Shown: piece after piece, positions 1 through 15,945 of the stretch
Position numbering within the stretch: position 1 is the first letter of the stretch
Layout: the number at the start of each line of letters is the position of its first letter
Assembly: GCA_964016885.1 (NCBI GenBank)
Contig: OZ024747.1
Coordinates: forward strand, 73,408,001 to 73,472,000
Reading direction: 5' to 3'
Source: Eledone cirrhosa
Taxonomy: Eukaryota
Length of the DNA stretch: 64,000 nt
Program-made: the position numbers and the translations under genes
The notes under the pieces: generated by a model
What the model was told of the DNA's origin: nothing
Databases searched by the model: none
Seen by the model: only the letters and a program-made list of their open reading frames with translations

Positions 1-982
<982 letters not shown>

Positions 983-1028
983 TAAACAAATAATGAATAA
1001 ACAATTCCTTATATTAAACAAAAAAAGT

Positions 1029-1180
1029 TCATTATTTAACGATCGTTTCTAGGATATATATGTGTTATAATTGGTATGCATATTCAACAGATCTATGTAC
1101 AAAATTATACAAAATTATACAAATTATCAAGATTAAATATACATACCAACACATATATACGCCGTCTTCAGAAATAATGA
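1029..1180 (-). ncRNA. Type I hammerhead ribozyme motif with long stem II
   Basis: Minus strand: tcattattt-CTGAAGA-(~115 nt hairpin, tatatatgtgtt...aacacatatata)-GAAA-cgatcg-TT-aaataatga. 9-bp perfect stem I; palindrome ACGATCGT. Confidence 0.8.
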
Positions 1181-2069
1181 AGTATATTTATTGATAATAA
1201 CAACAATTCAAAATTTCAGGTCCGTTTGGGAACAAAATTGACCAATGAAAACACAAAGGGTTAAATGCAGTTCGGTGTGTGTATATACATGTAAAACCCT
1301 TACACATATTTTACAAAAATGTATGTATAATTTGTATACGCATACTAAAAGGATGGATGCAAATACAAAATTTCAAGGTTAATGTCTCTGTAAGTTTATA
1401 ATGCACCGATAAGATGCGTATTGACACAAGTATGAAATTAAGTATATAAATATATTTTTTCATACTCACACTTATCCGTACAATCACACATACACGCCCG
1501 TATATGCATAAATATACACATAACCACGAACATACAAACACACACACACCCCCACTCACATTTATATATGTGGATATAAAATCATAAGCACATGGATATT
1601 AATTCACTCCCATAAAACATTGGCACACACATTTTTAGATCAAGATACAGAAATTAGGTGGGAGGGGGGGAGGGGTCAGTATTCAACGGTCTGAGCAGAC
1701 TGCCTAATATAGATGTATCTATAAACTAAGAAAATAAAAAATAAATAAACATTAAAGAGGAAAGAATAGAAAGAAAAAAGAAAAAAGAAAAAAGAAAAAA
1801 GAAATATATCAAGAAAATATATATATATATATATATATACATATATATACACATACATATATATATATATATATACACACACACATATATATAATATACA
1901 TATATATACACATAGACACACACACACACATACATAAATATACACACATATACAAACACATACATACATATACACACATCCACACTAAGAACATACATAC
2001 ACACACATATATAAACATATACACATACACACATACATACATATACACATATACATACAAATACACATA

Positions 2070-2119
<50 letters not shown>

Positions 2120-2426
2120 TATGTATATACACGTACATATACACACACATATACATATAATCACACATACTATATAGACACACATATATATAACCACACA
2201 CATACATGCACATATACAACACTTACATACTAATATACATACAGATATACACATACATAGCTATATATACACACAAATATATACAGACTTACATATATAC
2301 ATACAGACAAATACTTACGCATCTATATATCGGTATATACATACAAACACCACTACACTATCACACAACTTAGAAATACAAAGAGAAAGGTATATACCTA
2401 TACACACATACATATACAAATAGAAA

Positions 2427-2470
<44 letters not shown>

Positions 2471-2866
2471 GATATATATATATACATATATATATATAAC
2501 ATATATATATATATATATATACACATACATATACACATACACACACATACACATACACACACATACATACATGTACACACACATAGAAATATATACGCAT
2601 ACACACATACACACATACATATAAAGTCATACACACACAAACACCTACACGAACATACACATACACATACACATACATCTCTTCTTTCCATGATATCCGG
2701 AATACATTGAGTTCTTCATACGGATTGGACACTACCGTAAACTCTTGGTAGATTTATCTACATATATATATATATATATATATATAAAGTCATAAATATA
2801 TATGTGTTTTGCAACGGGTCACTTTGTGGCTCAATGAAGAATTAATAAATTAAATAATCAGGGCTA

Positions 2867-3252
2867 TATATCATAAAACATGTCTATAGAATCACCATAT
2901 AAAATATATACCGTTTCCTCTCCCAATTAGCATAATTAACCACATAAAAAATCAATTAGACCAAGTTATAAGAATAAAGGCTCCTATGAAGAAATCTCCG
3001 ACAAATAACCGAAAGCTACCCTTAGCGGCGGTTACGACGGATTATTTATCGAATATTTCGACAGCATGTATTAATCGACCAGATATACAGTCAATTAAAC
3101 AGAATTAGGTGTAAAATAAAGTAGAAGAAAAGTGTACATATTTAATTACCTCTACCATGGTTTAATCCGCATTTTTTTTTATATGGTTAATTATGCTAAT
3201 TGGGAGAGGAAACGGTATATATTTTATCTAGTGATTCTATAGACATGGTTTA

Positions 3253-3260
<8 letters not shown>
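2867..3260. repeat. Fold-back element with ~85-bp inverted arms, right arm abutting (TA)n
   Basis: 2867-2950 is the reverse complement of ~3174-3260 (gtttcctctcccaattagcataattaacca / tggttaattatgctaattgggagaggaaac). Confidence 0.75.
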
Positions 3261-3304
<44 letters not shown>

Positions 3305-3344
3305 GATACTAAATAAATGGAAACTATATTTATAAAATCATATT

Positions 3345-3410
3345 TATTTCATTATATATATTTCAGGGATATCATATTAAAAATATGGTATGCCTTCATC
3401 AGACAAAATA
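3345..3410 (-). ncRNA. Hammerhead ribozyme motif in inverted pLTR segment
   Basis: Reverse complement of 4928-4993. Confidence 0.8.
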
Positions 3411-4583
3411 CAATATAAACAGTCTTATAAATAGATAGATTTGACATACCTTACACTTCAACTTCCATTTAAAAAGTTGATTTGGTAGTGAAAAATGTTA
3501 GGGACAGTTATAGAAAAAAGGAAAGAAAGAAAGAAAGAAATCGAAGAAAAAGAAGAAATGCATGTAACGAAAAACCGAGAGAGATAGATATAGAGAGATA
3601 GATAGAGAGAAGAAATTCATGTAAATATTTAATATTTTTTAATATTTTTAATATTTTTAATATTTTTATTGATATATTGATATCTGTTGTCTATTCTATG
3701 CTTGAACGATAATCATGTAGAGTAAAAGCAAGAATATTATTCTTATAATTAATGTAGATTCTATATATTTTTGTGTGTATGTACACATATATGTATACTG
3801 GAATTTTTATAGCACAATGAGAATGTTTTCATGTGAAATAAGAATTTGCAGAGTTGATCACGTAAATTCACATGGATGTCTATAGTGTCGAATCTGGGAT
3901 AACCTTCTATTTTCTTTTCTTTTCTTTTTTCATGAAAGTGCATATATACTTATGTATTTCAATTTTTTTTGAAGTTTTATCTCAGTTCTGATTATAAACC
4001 TAGGAATTTTAAATTAGACATATGATCATTATTTTTTTCACACATTATTGATACGTGTCTCATTCATGAATACTGATATTTACATTATAATACCTAATTC
4101 ATACGAATTGATATTTTAGATTGATGAAACATAATGTTTTACATCTGCCTCGTTTATCTCTGGATATTTTTCTTTTCTCTCTATGTAACGGCTGTTTTCT
4201 CTCATAACCACATATATCTCTCTCTACCTTAATACTATAACTAAATAAATAAATAAATAAATAAATAAATATATCATTGATACGTCATTCAACTGGTGCC
4301 CAACTACCTATTTTTCTCTCTCTCTATCTTTATCTATATCTATCTCTCTCTATTTTTTTTCTCTCTCTCTCTCTTTTCTCTCTCTCTCTCTATCTATCTC
4401 CCTCTGTTTTTTCTCTCTCTCTCTATCTCTCTCTGTTTTTTCTTTACATGAATTTCTTCTCTCTATCTATCTCTCTATATCTATCTCTCTCGGTTTTTCG
4501 TTACATGCATTTCTTCTTTTTCTTCGTTTTCTTTCTTTCTTTCTTTTCTTTTTTCTATAACTGTCCCTAACATCTCTCTCTCT

Positions 4584-4666
<83 letters not shown>

Positions 4667-4927
4667 CCCTCTGTTCTTTCTCTCTCTATCTATCTCTCTC
4701 TGTTTTTTCTTTACATGAATTTCTTCTCTCTATCTATCTCTCTATATCTCTATATCTCGGTTTTTCGTTACATGCATTTCTTCTTTTTCTTCGTTTTCTT
4801 TCTTTGTTTCTTTCTTTTCTTTTTTCTATAACTGTCCCTAACTTTTTCACTACCAAATCAACTATTTAAATGGAAGTTGAAGTGTAAGGTATGTCAAATC
4901 TATCTATTTATAAGATTGTTTATATTG

Positions 4928-4993
4928 TATTTTGTCTGATGAAGGCATACCATATTTTTAATATGATATCCCTGAAATATATATAATGAAATA
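4928..4993 (+). ncRNA. Type I hammerhead ribozyme motif in 5' pLTR
   Basis: tattttgt-CTGATGA-aggcataccatatt-ttt-aatatgatatccct-GAAA-tatata-TA-atgaaata. Stem I pairs with two G-U; palindrome ATATATAT. Confidence 0.82.
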
Positions 4994-5171
4994 AATATGA
5001 TTTTATAAATATAGTTTCCATTTATTTAGTATCGTAAATATACTCCAAATACTTGTTGAGTGCTTTTATATCAGTTATAAATATTTACTCGTTGTAACCC
5101 AACAATTTAAATAAAACTTTGCATATATCTTGCTCCAACACTGTTGAGCGCTTTATATTATAACTGAAAAA

Positions 5172-7398
5172 ATGGAATTCTTTAAGATTTCTTTCTCTTT
5201 AAAAGACATACCTCTACCTAGAAACAAAGACTTTATTAAACAATTAATAGATAAATCGGACTCTTTTATAAGGAGAATCAGATGGCGTGCATTCCACTTT
5301 GATAAATCTAATATAAATGAAAATCTCTCGGACTTAGACAAAGTTTTCAAATCTAAAAAAATCCACCCCCCAACAAATTTTTAATTGACTTTGAAAACGA
5401 TATAATTTCTATCATACAAGGAGTCAAATTCAAGAGAAACTTCAAAGGCCAGGAATATCTGAAAGGCATTAAGGATAATATTGAGAGCTTAGAGAGAACT
5501 GAGAAGATCTTGGTGAAATCGGACAAGACCAACAACCTCTATGGAGTGCAAAAAGACATGTATAATGGCCTCATACTGAAAGAACTGAGGAAAAAGTACA
5601 AGATAGCAGATAAGGCCGAACTTGAGAAAATGAATGTTGAGGCATCTTGTATAATGCATGAGTTGGAAATTGAGAACAAAACACAACGTTTCGTGCCCAG
5701 GAAACCCAAGATCAATATGAAAGATCACAAAAGAAATTTTGAAAATGACCTGCCAGTCAGATTGATTGCACCATCAAAATCTGACCTGGGTAAACTTAGC
5801 AAAAACATTCTAGACAGGGTGATACAGCAAATTAAAAACTTGAATTGTTTACCTAACTTGAGCTTGTGGAAGGGAACTGGAGGGGTTATTGAGTGGTTTA
5901 AAGAAATTAAATATAACAATAATAATAAATTTATTCAACTAGATATTGCTAACTATTATTCATCTATTACCCCTAATCTACTAAATAAGGCACTAAATTA
6001 CGCATTCAAGCATACAGACCTAACTAGCAATGAAATGCACATTATATTATCGGCTAGGAAAACATTGATAGAATTTAATAACCAACTATGGACCAGAGCA
6101 GATAGAGATAACAATTTCGACATTACTATGGGATCATCCGACTCAGCTCAGGTAACGGACCTTGTGGGCCTATTTATAATTAATTCGCTGCATAGGAAAA
6201 TACCCGGTGTTACCGGAGGATTATATAGAGATGACATGCTTTTACTTATTGAAAATAATAACTCTGAACTAAATAGAAAAAGAAAACAAATTACACAATT
6301 TTTTAATTACTTTAATCTAAAAATAGAAATTGAGAATAACCATAGAATAGTCAATTTCCTAGATGTAACATTAAATCTCAACACATGTCTTCACTATCCA
6401 TTTCACAAGTTGAATGAAAACTTGAACTATGTTCGTTTTAACTCAAATCACCCCAGATCTGTTAACAATACTATAGTGAACTCTGTTCAAAAACGTATCT
6501 CCAGAATCTCATCTAATAAAAAGATTTTCGACGAAAAAGCCCAGTATTACAATGAAGCGTTAGCTAGAGCAGGATATAGTGATAAAATTATGTACATAGA
6601 TAATAATAGACAAATTAACCAAAATAACAACAATTTTAATTACGGCAACAACTTTAACAACTATAATAGAAAGCATTACAATAATTCCAAAAGCCAAAAA
6701 AGAAATAGAACTAGAAACATAATATGGTTTGCCCCCCCCCCCCTTTCTCACTAAACATTAAAACCCACATCGCTAAACTATTGTTTAATGCTCTTGATAA
6801 TCGCTTCCCTAGAACACATAAGTATCACTCAATTTTCAATAGACATACTATAAAATTAACTTACTCATCCACCAAAAATTTAGCACAAAATATTAATAGA
6901 ATAAATAATAGGAATTTAAAACCTAGCCAAAATACCGATAATAGCCTAAATAATATCCAAGTAAACAAATGTAACTGTAGAGATAGATCTAAATATCCGT
7001 TAAATAACAATTGCTTAGTTAAAAATATAATATACAACTGTAATGTTAAAACGGACTTAAATTCTTTTAACTATGTTGGTTCCAGCTCGACAGAATTTAA
7101 ACTTCGCTATAATAACCACAAGAATTCTTTCACAGATCCAAGCAAAAAATCTTCAACATCACTATCAGGCTTACTCTGGCAACTTAAGCATGATAACGTT
7201 GGATATTCGACGGCTTGGAATATAGTCTCAAGAGGGATTCCTTTTAATTCATCTTCTGAGACATGTGACCTCTGCGCGGAGGAGATATTCTTTATACTAA
7301 AATCTAAAAATTCCCTTAATTTACGGACAAATTTATTCAGTTGCTGCAGACATAGATTGAACTCAACTTTTAAATATAAATATAAATTTAAAATGTAG
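5172..7398 (+). pseudogene. Penelope-like RT-GIY-YIG polyprotein with two frameshifts
   Basis: Three frames (5172-5384, 5510-6754, 6724-7398). Motifs: N-terminal SLKDIPLP/FIRRIRWRAFHF, KSDKT, RT motifs QLDIANYYSSI, ITMGSSDSA, LYRDD, NFLDVTL, then CNCR linker, IIY...YVG, R.NNH, CDLC, CRH. Both frameshifts fall in homopolymer runs (~5355-5372, ~6732-6743). Confidence 0.92.
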
Positions 7399-8758
7399 TA
7401 TATTTACTTAAGATTTGTAATTATTTATGAAACTCGCCGATAAATCTTTCGATTTCTTTTTTTCAAACATTCTTCATCAATAATTAAACTACCCTAATAG
7501 ATGATGCTCCAAATATATCGAATAAATTTTACACTAGATAAACTTCTATAATAAATATAAGACCATCTGTAGATTAAATGGGTATCCTAAACTTTTGGAA
7601 TGATTTCTGCTAGACAGGATTTGGTGAATAATTTTGGTTTTGTTTGCTTTTGATTCTGATGCTTATAATGAACTTGGCAATATATTGTCAAATAGATTTG
7701 AAGGGTAGATTTCTGTGTTTATTACGGCCCGAGATACTCTGGGAATTTTCTTGGCGTTTTAATTATATTTTTTAATATTTTTTAATATTTTTAATATTTT
7801 TAATATTTTTTAATATTTTTAATATTTTTAATATTTTTATTGATATATTGATATCTGTTGTCTATTCTATGCTTGAACGATAATCATGTAGAGTAAAGGC
7901 AAGAATATTATTCTTATAATTAATGTAGATTCTATATATTTTTGTGTGTATGTACACATATATGTATACTGGAATTTTTATAGCACAATGAGAATGTTTT
8001 CATGTGAAATAAGAATTTGCAGAGTTGATCACGTAAATTCACATGGATGTCTATAGTGTCGAATCTGGGATAACCTTCTATTTTCTTTTCTTTTCTTTTT
8101 TCATGAAAGTGCATATATACTTATGTATTTCAATTTTTTTTGAAGTTTTATCTCAGTTCTGATTATAAACCTAGGAATTTTAAACTAGACATATGATCAT
8201 TATTTTTTTCACACATTATTGATACGTGTCTCATTCATGAATACTGATATTTACATTATAATACCTAATTCATACGAATTGATATTTTAGATTGATGAAA
8301 CATAATGTTTTAAATCTGCCTCGTTTATCTCTGGATATTTTTCTTTTCTCTCTATGTAACGGCTGTTTTCTCTCATAACCACATATATCTCTCTCTACCT
8401 TAATACTATAACTAAATAAATAAATAAATAAATAAATATATCATTGATACGTCATTCAACTGGTGCCCAACTACCTATTTTTCTCTCTCTCTATCTTTAT
8501 CTATATCTATCTCTCTCTATTTTTTTTCTCTCTCTCTCTTTTCTCCCTCTCTCTCTCTATCTATCTCCCTCTGTTTTTTCTCTCTCTATCTATCTGTCTC
8601 TGTTTTTTTTTTACATGAATTTCTTCTCTCTATCTATCTCTCTATAACTATCTCTCTCGGTTTTTCTTTACATGCATTTCTTCTTTTTCTTCGTTTTCTT
8701 TCTTTCTTGCTTTTCTTTTTTCTATAACTGTCCCTAACATCTCTCTCTCTCTCTCTTT

Positions 8759-8797
<39 letters not shown>

Positions 8798-9047
8798 CTG
8801 TTCTTTCTCTCTCTATCTATCTCTCTCTGTTTTTTCTTTACATGAATTTCTTCTCTCTATCTATCTCTCTATATCTATCTCTCTAGGTTTTTCGTTACAT
8901 GCATTTCTTCTTTTTCTTCGTTTTCTTTCTTTCTTTTCTTTTTTCTATAACTATCCCTAACGTTTTTCACTACCAAATCAACTTTTTAAATGGAAGTTGA
9001 AGTGTAAGGTATGTCAAATCTATCTATTTATAAGACTGTTTATATTG

Positions 9048-9113
9048 TATTTTGTCTGATGAAGGCATACCATATTTTTAATATGATATCCCTGAAATAT
9101 ATATAATGAAATA
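9048..9113 (+). ncRNA. Type I hammerhead ribozyme motif in 3' pLTR
   Basis: Same sequence as 4928-4993, offset by 4120 bp. Confidence 0.82.
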
Positions 9114-9239
9114 AATATGATTTTATAAATATAGTTTCCATTTATTTAGTATCGTAAATATACTCCAAATACTTGTTGAGTGCTTTTATATCAGTTATAA
9201 ATATTTACTCGTTGTAACCCAACAATTTAAATAAAACTT

Positions 9240-9343
<104 letters not shown>

Positions 9344-10308
9344 TATATTTTTTCAGATATGGATATGCATATATTTATACGTACACATACACACACAAGT
9401 GTGTGTATGTGTACGTTTATATATATACCTATATATACGTACACTCACACACAGACACACACAAACACACACACATGCTCACACATATATATAGTTGCTA
9501 GTTGGTGTGTTGTTTATTCGTAAATGTTGCGTAATGAACTCAGGTTGATAAACAGGATTAAACAACAGAGAACTCCACGTCAGGTGTATCAATCCATCTC
9601 AGAGTTGTCGATCAAAATAACGGAGTTATGTTGTATGAAATAACCCTTAAGACAGGAGACATAATCATATTTATGATTATGTCTCTTGTGCCTTAAAATC
9701 TATTATTTCCGAGTCCGGCTAATCAAATCTTCTCATTATTTAACCTATTAGCTGTCCATTCTCTTCGAAATATTAAGGCCTTGTCTCAGATTGGTGATAT
9801 CTTCCCCATTTTCTCCAGCAATAGCTCTTCTCTTCCCATTGAACATCAACAATGTCATGAATAAAATGACAAGAAAATTGTGTAGATTTTGTTGACATTT
9901 CTAGTATTTTAATGTTCCTCGAAGAAGTTCCTTTTCCCTACGAAATCATTGAAAAGAAGCGCATGGAGGTCTAGACGAAGAATGAATGTCATTAGGTACA
10001 ACTAAATATCGATAACTTGAATATAACTTGCTATGAATTAATAAATATATATATATTTTTTACAATTGGCATATAGAAATATAGGGAAACTGTTTAGAAT
10101 CCCGTGGGATGTATTGTACTTGTAATACAAATGTCCAGTGTTGTAATGTATCGTCTCGTGCTGATTAGACTAGGGAATTGCATTAAGGGGACACGTGTCA
10201 TTCGAATAATAAACAACCAAATTACACGTTAATTAAAAAGTTGAACGTTTAGGTAATCAACAAAGTGAAAACTCATAGTCAAAATCGAGGGAGTATTTAC
10301 CATCTATT

Positions 10309-10505
10309 TACGAGGATCGGCTGAAACGTTCATAGGTTGACTATGATACACTCATGGAATGACTAAATGAGGTTTAGTTGTTAACATAGTCCCTCTGGAA
10401 AGAAACAAGGAAGTTACTAATAAGTTGAAATTAAATTATTCATGATTTCACAACACTAACATCACTCCTTCGTTGTCAGTCTATGAACTTGTCAGCCTAA
10501 CCTAG
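10309..10505. mobile_element. Mariner-type MITE
   Basis: Imperfect TIRs tacgaggatcggctgaaacgttcataggttgac ... gtcagtctatgaacttgtcagcctaacctag; the left end starts TA-CGAGG. Confidence 0.6.
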
Positions 10506-10509
10506 AGTT

Positions 10510-10586
<77 letters not shown>

Positions 10587-10650
10587 GACGCTATATCCTT
10601 TGCTAGGCTGCTAATGTTATGATTTAGTCCAGACAGAAGAAAAAGGAAAT

Positions 10651-10768
10651 AATTGTTTCTACTTTAGGCACAAGGCCAGCAAATACCCAGTACATTACTG
10701 GTACTTTATTTTATCGACCCCGTAAGGATGAAAGGCAAAGTCAACTTCGGCGGGATTTGAACTCAGAA
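10651..10768 (-). mobile_element. tRNA-derived SINE fragment
   Basis: Minus strand has a B-box-like gagttcaaatc followed by tttgcctttcatcc...ggggtcgataaaataaagtaccag. The motif recurs at ~12925, 18612, 20560, 46446, 49784 and 58331. Confidence 0.7.
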
Positions 10769-11218
10769 TGGCAAGGGCCGTAACTCTATACGTCAAAGTA
10801 TGGCGTCCGATAATTTTAATGAAGAGTATTCTATGTATGTATGCATGTATGTATATATGTAGGTATGTATTTATGTATATTTGTTTGTATATTCATGTAA
10901 ATACGCGAGATATTCCTACAGCATTATGCATTATACGATATAGGTCGACTTTAGTTTATCGCATGACAATTCTGGATTGAACGAGGCGAAGATGATGTGT
11001 AACACTGTCTTGACCATCCTGTCCTGTAACATGTGATTTGAATGTGATTCAGCTGCGATTACTAACACATTGAGTTAGAAAGTTGAGTCTGTTGTTGACA
11101 CAGTAAATATCTTGTAGGGCAGTAATCTTATTCCATTCCTAATACTATCAATGAAATATCATATCTTTCCTTTAGTATGCTCAATTTTCAGACCAGCCAG
11201 ATGTACTCCTATTTGAAA

Positions 11219-11990
<772 letters not shown>

Positions 11991-14102
11991 TAGCGAGGGG
12001 TGAGGGCGATATATTACATATAGAGTGTGGAGAGAGGAAGAAAGTGAGAGAGAGAATGACACAATGGAAGAGAACATAAAGCAAGAAATGAAATAAGAAA
12101 TTATTTATGGAAATAATCAAAGATTATCTGATTGCTTCATAACTCAGGTAAAACTTAAATATTTCAACAGTATTTAAACATATTCTAGACAATTGGTTTA
12201 AATACATGTGTTGGTTTCTCTTCCACCCTAATGTTATATCATGGTAAATGTAGAATATTTCGTCGAAATATTTACAATTGTCATTTAAGTTCCCTTGATG
12301 GTTTGTACACATTAATAGAAATATGTATTCTCATCATGTTTACAAAACAAGCATATTTTACGGGATCCAATTCATTCGAATATTTCTGAAACCGTATTTG
12401 ACTATAACAAATTGTACAAACACAGAATTACTTGCGATAAAATTCTCAAAACAAAAATAAATAACATGTATTTAACAACGGAAGTATTTATAATTTTGGC
12501 TATAGAACGATGAGTGAAATCTGATGAGCGAAACTTGGGGAAATTCATTTATATCAAAATAAAACTTTTAATGGAAGATCTAAATTGAAGATTAAAATGG
12601 AGCCTTGAAAGTGCAAACTGCATTTCATGATATTAGCAAATTAAACTATTACTTTAATGGCACTGAGAATCCTTATCTGTAGCTACGTTGGGCAAGTATT
12701 CTATTATTTATAATTTTGTTGATTTTTTTATTTTCTCCGACGCTCATAAAACCATTGGCGTCGTGTCAATAAAACCTAACACTGAAAACTCTTCTTCAAT
12801 TTCAAATCTTATTTCGAACCTTCTAGAAATTTGTTCTCTAATAAAGCCATGTGACGGTGGATTGGCAGTATTGGCAGGGGTTCGGACAACATTGTGGTGT
12901 ATAGTTCCATGAGTTTACGGTCTGATTTCAAATGAAGCCGAGGTTAGCATTGCTTTTATTGTTACGGGGTCGATAGAATAAAGCTCCAGGAACACACTGG
13001 GGTCGATTTAATCAACTTCCCCCACTACATTACTTAAAACCTCAATAAGGAATCACGGAAGGTTCACCGTAATTGTGAGCATTTGCAATCCCATCCCTTC
13101 AATATTAGTTTTTCACTTGTGTCAATAGAAAGATAATATTCAGATATTCATACAAACGCATATATATGTATATGCATGTACATATATGTATACATACAAA
13201 CACAGACGCGCACCATTCTGTGAGAGAAAGAGAGATAATTTTGAAAAGTAAACAGAAAAATAACAGGCGATGAATTACAATGGCGATATATATATATATA
13301 TATGTGTTAAATAGAAATAAGCATGCATAGGGTGGCAACATACACTTTTCTTTCTTATTTAAACGAGGATATTATTTTCCGGTATATATACTTTTCCAAT
13401 GCGTGATAGAAGAAAGCTAAAAGAAAATTCGTTTGCAATATCAATAGGTGAGCATATAACTCGTGCAATCAGAAAATTTAAAAGCAGTAAATATATCAAA
13501 TACCATTTTCATTTGGTTTCCAGTTTGCTATTTCTAAAAATAATCACATCGTACATTACAATACCATTATATGGCTGCACTAAAAGAATAACTTTCATTG
13601 GGAAAATGTCATCAAAATGATGGAAAAATTAAGAAAATCAAAAATGTTAAAATATGTACATATAATCAATTGATATAGTATCCATGCTATGGTTAGAATA
13701 GAACATTGTTTTTTAATACAGCATGATGAAGAATTGCGCTGTCTTGGATTTCATCTTCGCACTTGTTCAGAAGATGAAAGTATATATACTACACAAATCA
13801 TTTTTTAACACAAGATATTTTGGTTATCATATAATGGATATGTATACAATTTTCTTTTATCTCCATGCATGCAAAAATATTCATTTACACACATAGATAC
13901 CTTACCTGCGCTGCATGAGAGGCTCCTCGGTACAGTATATCTTTTATAGAACCATTTAGTTTATACTAAACATGCACGAGCATGGTTTTCTGGTTGAGAA
14001 GTACTTTCGCAACCACCTTGCTTAGCGTTCAATCAGAACCCCCTCTTTAACCGATTACATGTGGGTGATATTTGGTAGATGGAAAATGTGAAGGAGCGCA
14101 GC

Positions 14103-14157
<55 letters not shown>

Positions 14158-14204
14158 ACGAGAGAGAGAGAAGGGGGAGAGTATGAGTGAGGGAGGTAGA
14201 GAGT

Positions 14205-14385
14205 AGTGACGGCTCGACGGCTGAGCTCTTGCCTTTTCGACACCAAATTCCAGACTAGAATTTGCTGTTGAAACGGCAAGAGCTCAGACGTTGGGTCAAG
14301 GCTCTCTACTATATTTACACTCTACTATTCCAAGTATCGAGTACTCTGCTGAAATATGTTCTTTCTAGTTTAAACTGGTATAGTC
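14205..14385 (+). mobile_element. Short fold-back pLTR-like terminus, same family as 33882-34030
   Basis: Hairpin gacggctgagctcttgccttttcgacaccaaattc / gaatttgctgttgaaacggcaagagctcagacgtt. The tail cactctactattccaagtatcgagtact resembles cactctactaccctaagtattgagtact at ~33958. Confidence 0.55.
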
Positions 14386-14926
14386 CTGAGCGTTCGTCCT
14401 CTTTCTCTCTCTCTGTCTATGAGTTGATACATCCACGTGTAACATGTATGTACATATGTGAATGTACCTGTGTTTATTTATGATTATCTAGCGGTTTGTC
14501 AAATAGAGAACGATAAACAATTATTTGGGTCGATGTGATGGACTAAATCCGTTCAAAACTGTGCTCGATCATGGCCATACACCAGTGCCTGAATTCAGTA
14601 GAAGTATAATGGAATTAAAGAATATTATATATGGACAAATGCATATAAATTACATATATAAACATAAAAACCATGCAATATGTATGAAGATATAAATTAT
14701 ACTATGAATATATTGACCTTATAATCTACAACAACTTATAACATTTAAAAAACTCATCAAATTTATTAAGTAAGATCGTTGACTAAACATTTAAATATAC
14801 TGACTGTTAAATAGGTTCAAAACAATTCAATTATATTATACAACCTGATTGAATAAACACAAAGTTAAATAGACCTCAAGAAATTAAGGATTAAAAGGCT
14901 GAGTAATCGACAGATATATATATATA

Positions 14927-15416
14927 TATTTATTAAAATAACAGATTAAAGTTTAAGCAAAGAATCGCTGCTTTCACCCTTAACGGGATCTTCTGAAACT
15001 AACAATGTCAATCTGTACGTCTCTATGAACCACCTAAGAGAACATTAGTCTACGACTTCTTTTATACCATAAACGTGGTTATGTCTTTGCGCGTAATTGT
15101 TTTTCACCGCTCCTAATAATGACGTATTATATTCGTTTTTTCCCGTTCTTTGCCAGGGAACGTTTCCACGAACCAAAGTATCATCTTCCTTTCTTCCTCT
15201 GGTTGCAACGTTTTTTGAAATATCCACTTCTGCGTTTACAGATTGACTTTGTTAGTTTCAGAAGATCCCGTTAAGGGTGAAAGCAGCGATTCTTTGCTTA
15301 AACTTTAATCTGTTATTTTAATAAATATTTGCTCTACGGTTCTTATATATTTGATATATATTTATCCTATCGAGCCCTCTTTGGATTTTAGTCTTCAAAT
15401 TTATTATTATTATTAC

Positions 15417-15420
<4 letters not shown>
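14927..15420 (+). mobile_element. Fold-back non-autonomous element with 5' inversion, in (TA)n; second copy at 34087-34295
   Basis: 14927-15017 is the reverse complement of ~15237-15326. Both ends lie in TA runs, and the 3' part is nearly identical to ~34130-34290. Confidence 0.7.
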
Positions 15421-15450
<30 letters not shown>

Positions 15451-15945
15451 TAATATGATTCTTTGGGGATTTCAGCGTGAGGAAATGTGTGACAAACACT
15501 TCATCCAACAGGGCTACTGAACAATTTACATAGATCCAATTTCACTCCTAAGGCTTGTGACGACATTTTAAAACACATATTCTAACTATACCATATGTAA
15601 ACACAGCCTATATTATGTAAACATATAGATTATAATGAATAAATGCATACCCTGTATATAAAATAAACACGTAGACTAATTTCTTGAATAAATACACTGA
15701 ATTTATTTTATAAACATTCTACGCATATCATAAAAAAACACAGACTGTATTATATAAGCATATAAGGTTCATTATATAAAGATATGGACTATTATATAAG
15801 CACATTATTATACTGTATAAAAACATGCAATATGGCATTTAAACATTCGTGATATAAAGACTATATTTTCTCATCTGTGGAATATATTAAATATAAACAA
15901 ATATCATGTTGAATATATGTACATGTTCTTATAACCATATACATC

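Noticed and set aside
6724-7770. Selenoprotein recoding, as reported for some Naiad elements
   Set aside because: Neither GIY-YIG frame has an in-frame UGA, and I could not identify a SECIS.
9647-9696. Palindrome ttaagacaggagacataatcata/tatgattatgtctcttgtgccttaa
   Set aside because: Real hairpin, but single and short; cannot distinguish a MITE remnant from a local inversion.
12521-12550. CTGATGA-gc-GAAA
   Set aside because: No stem II, no UH site and no palindrome; probably chance.
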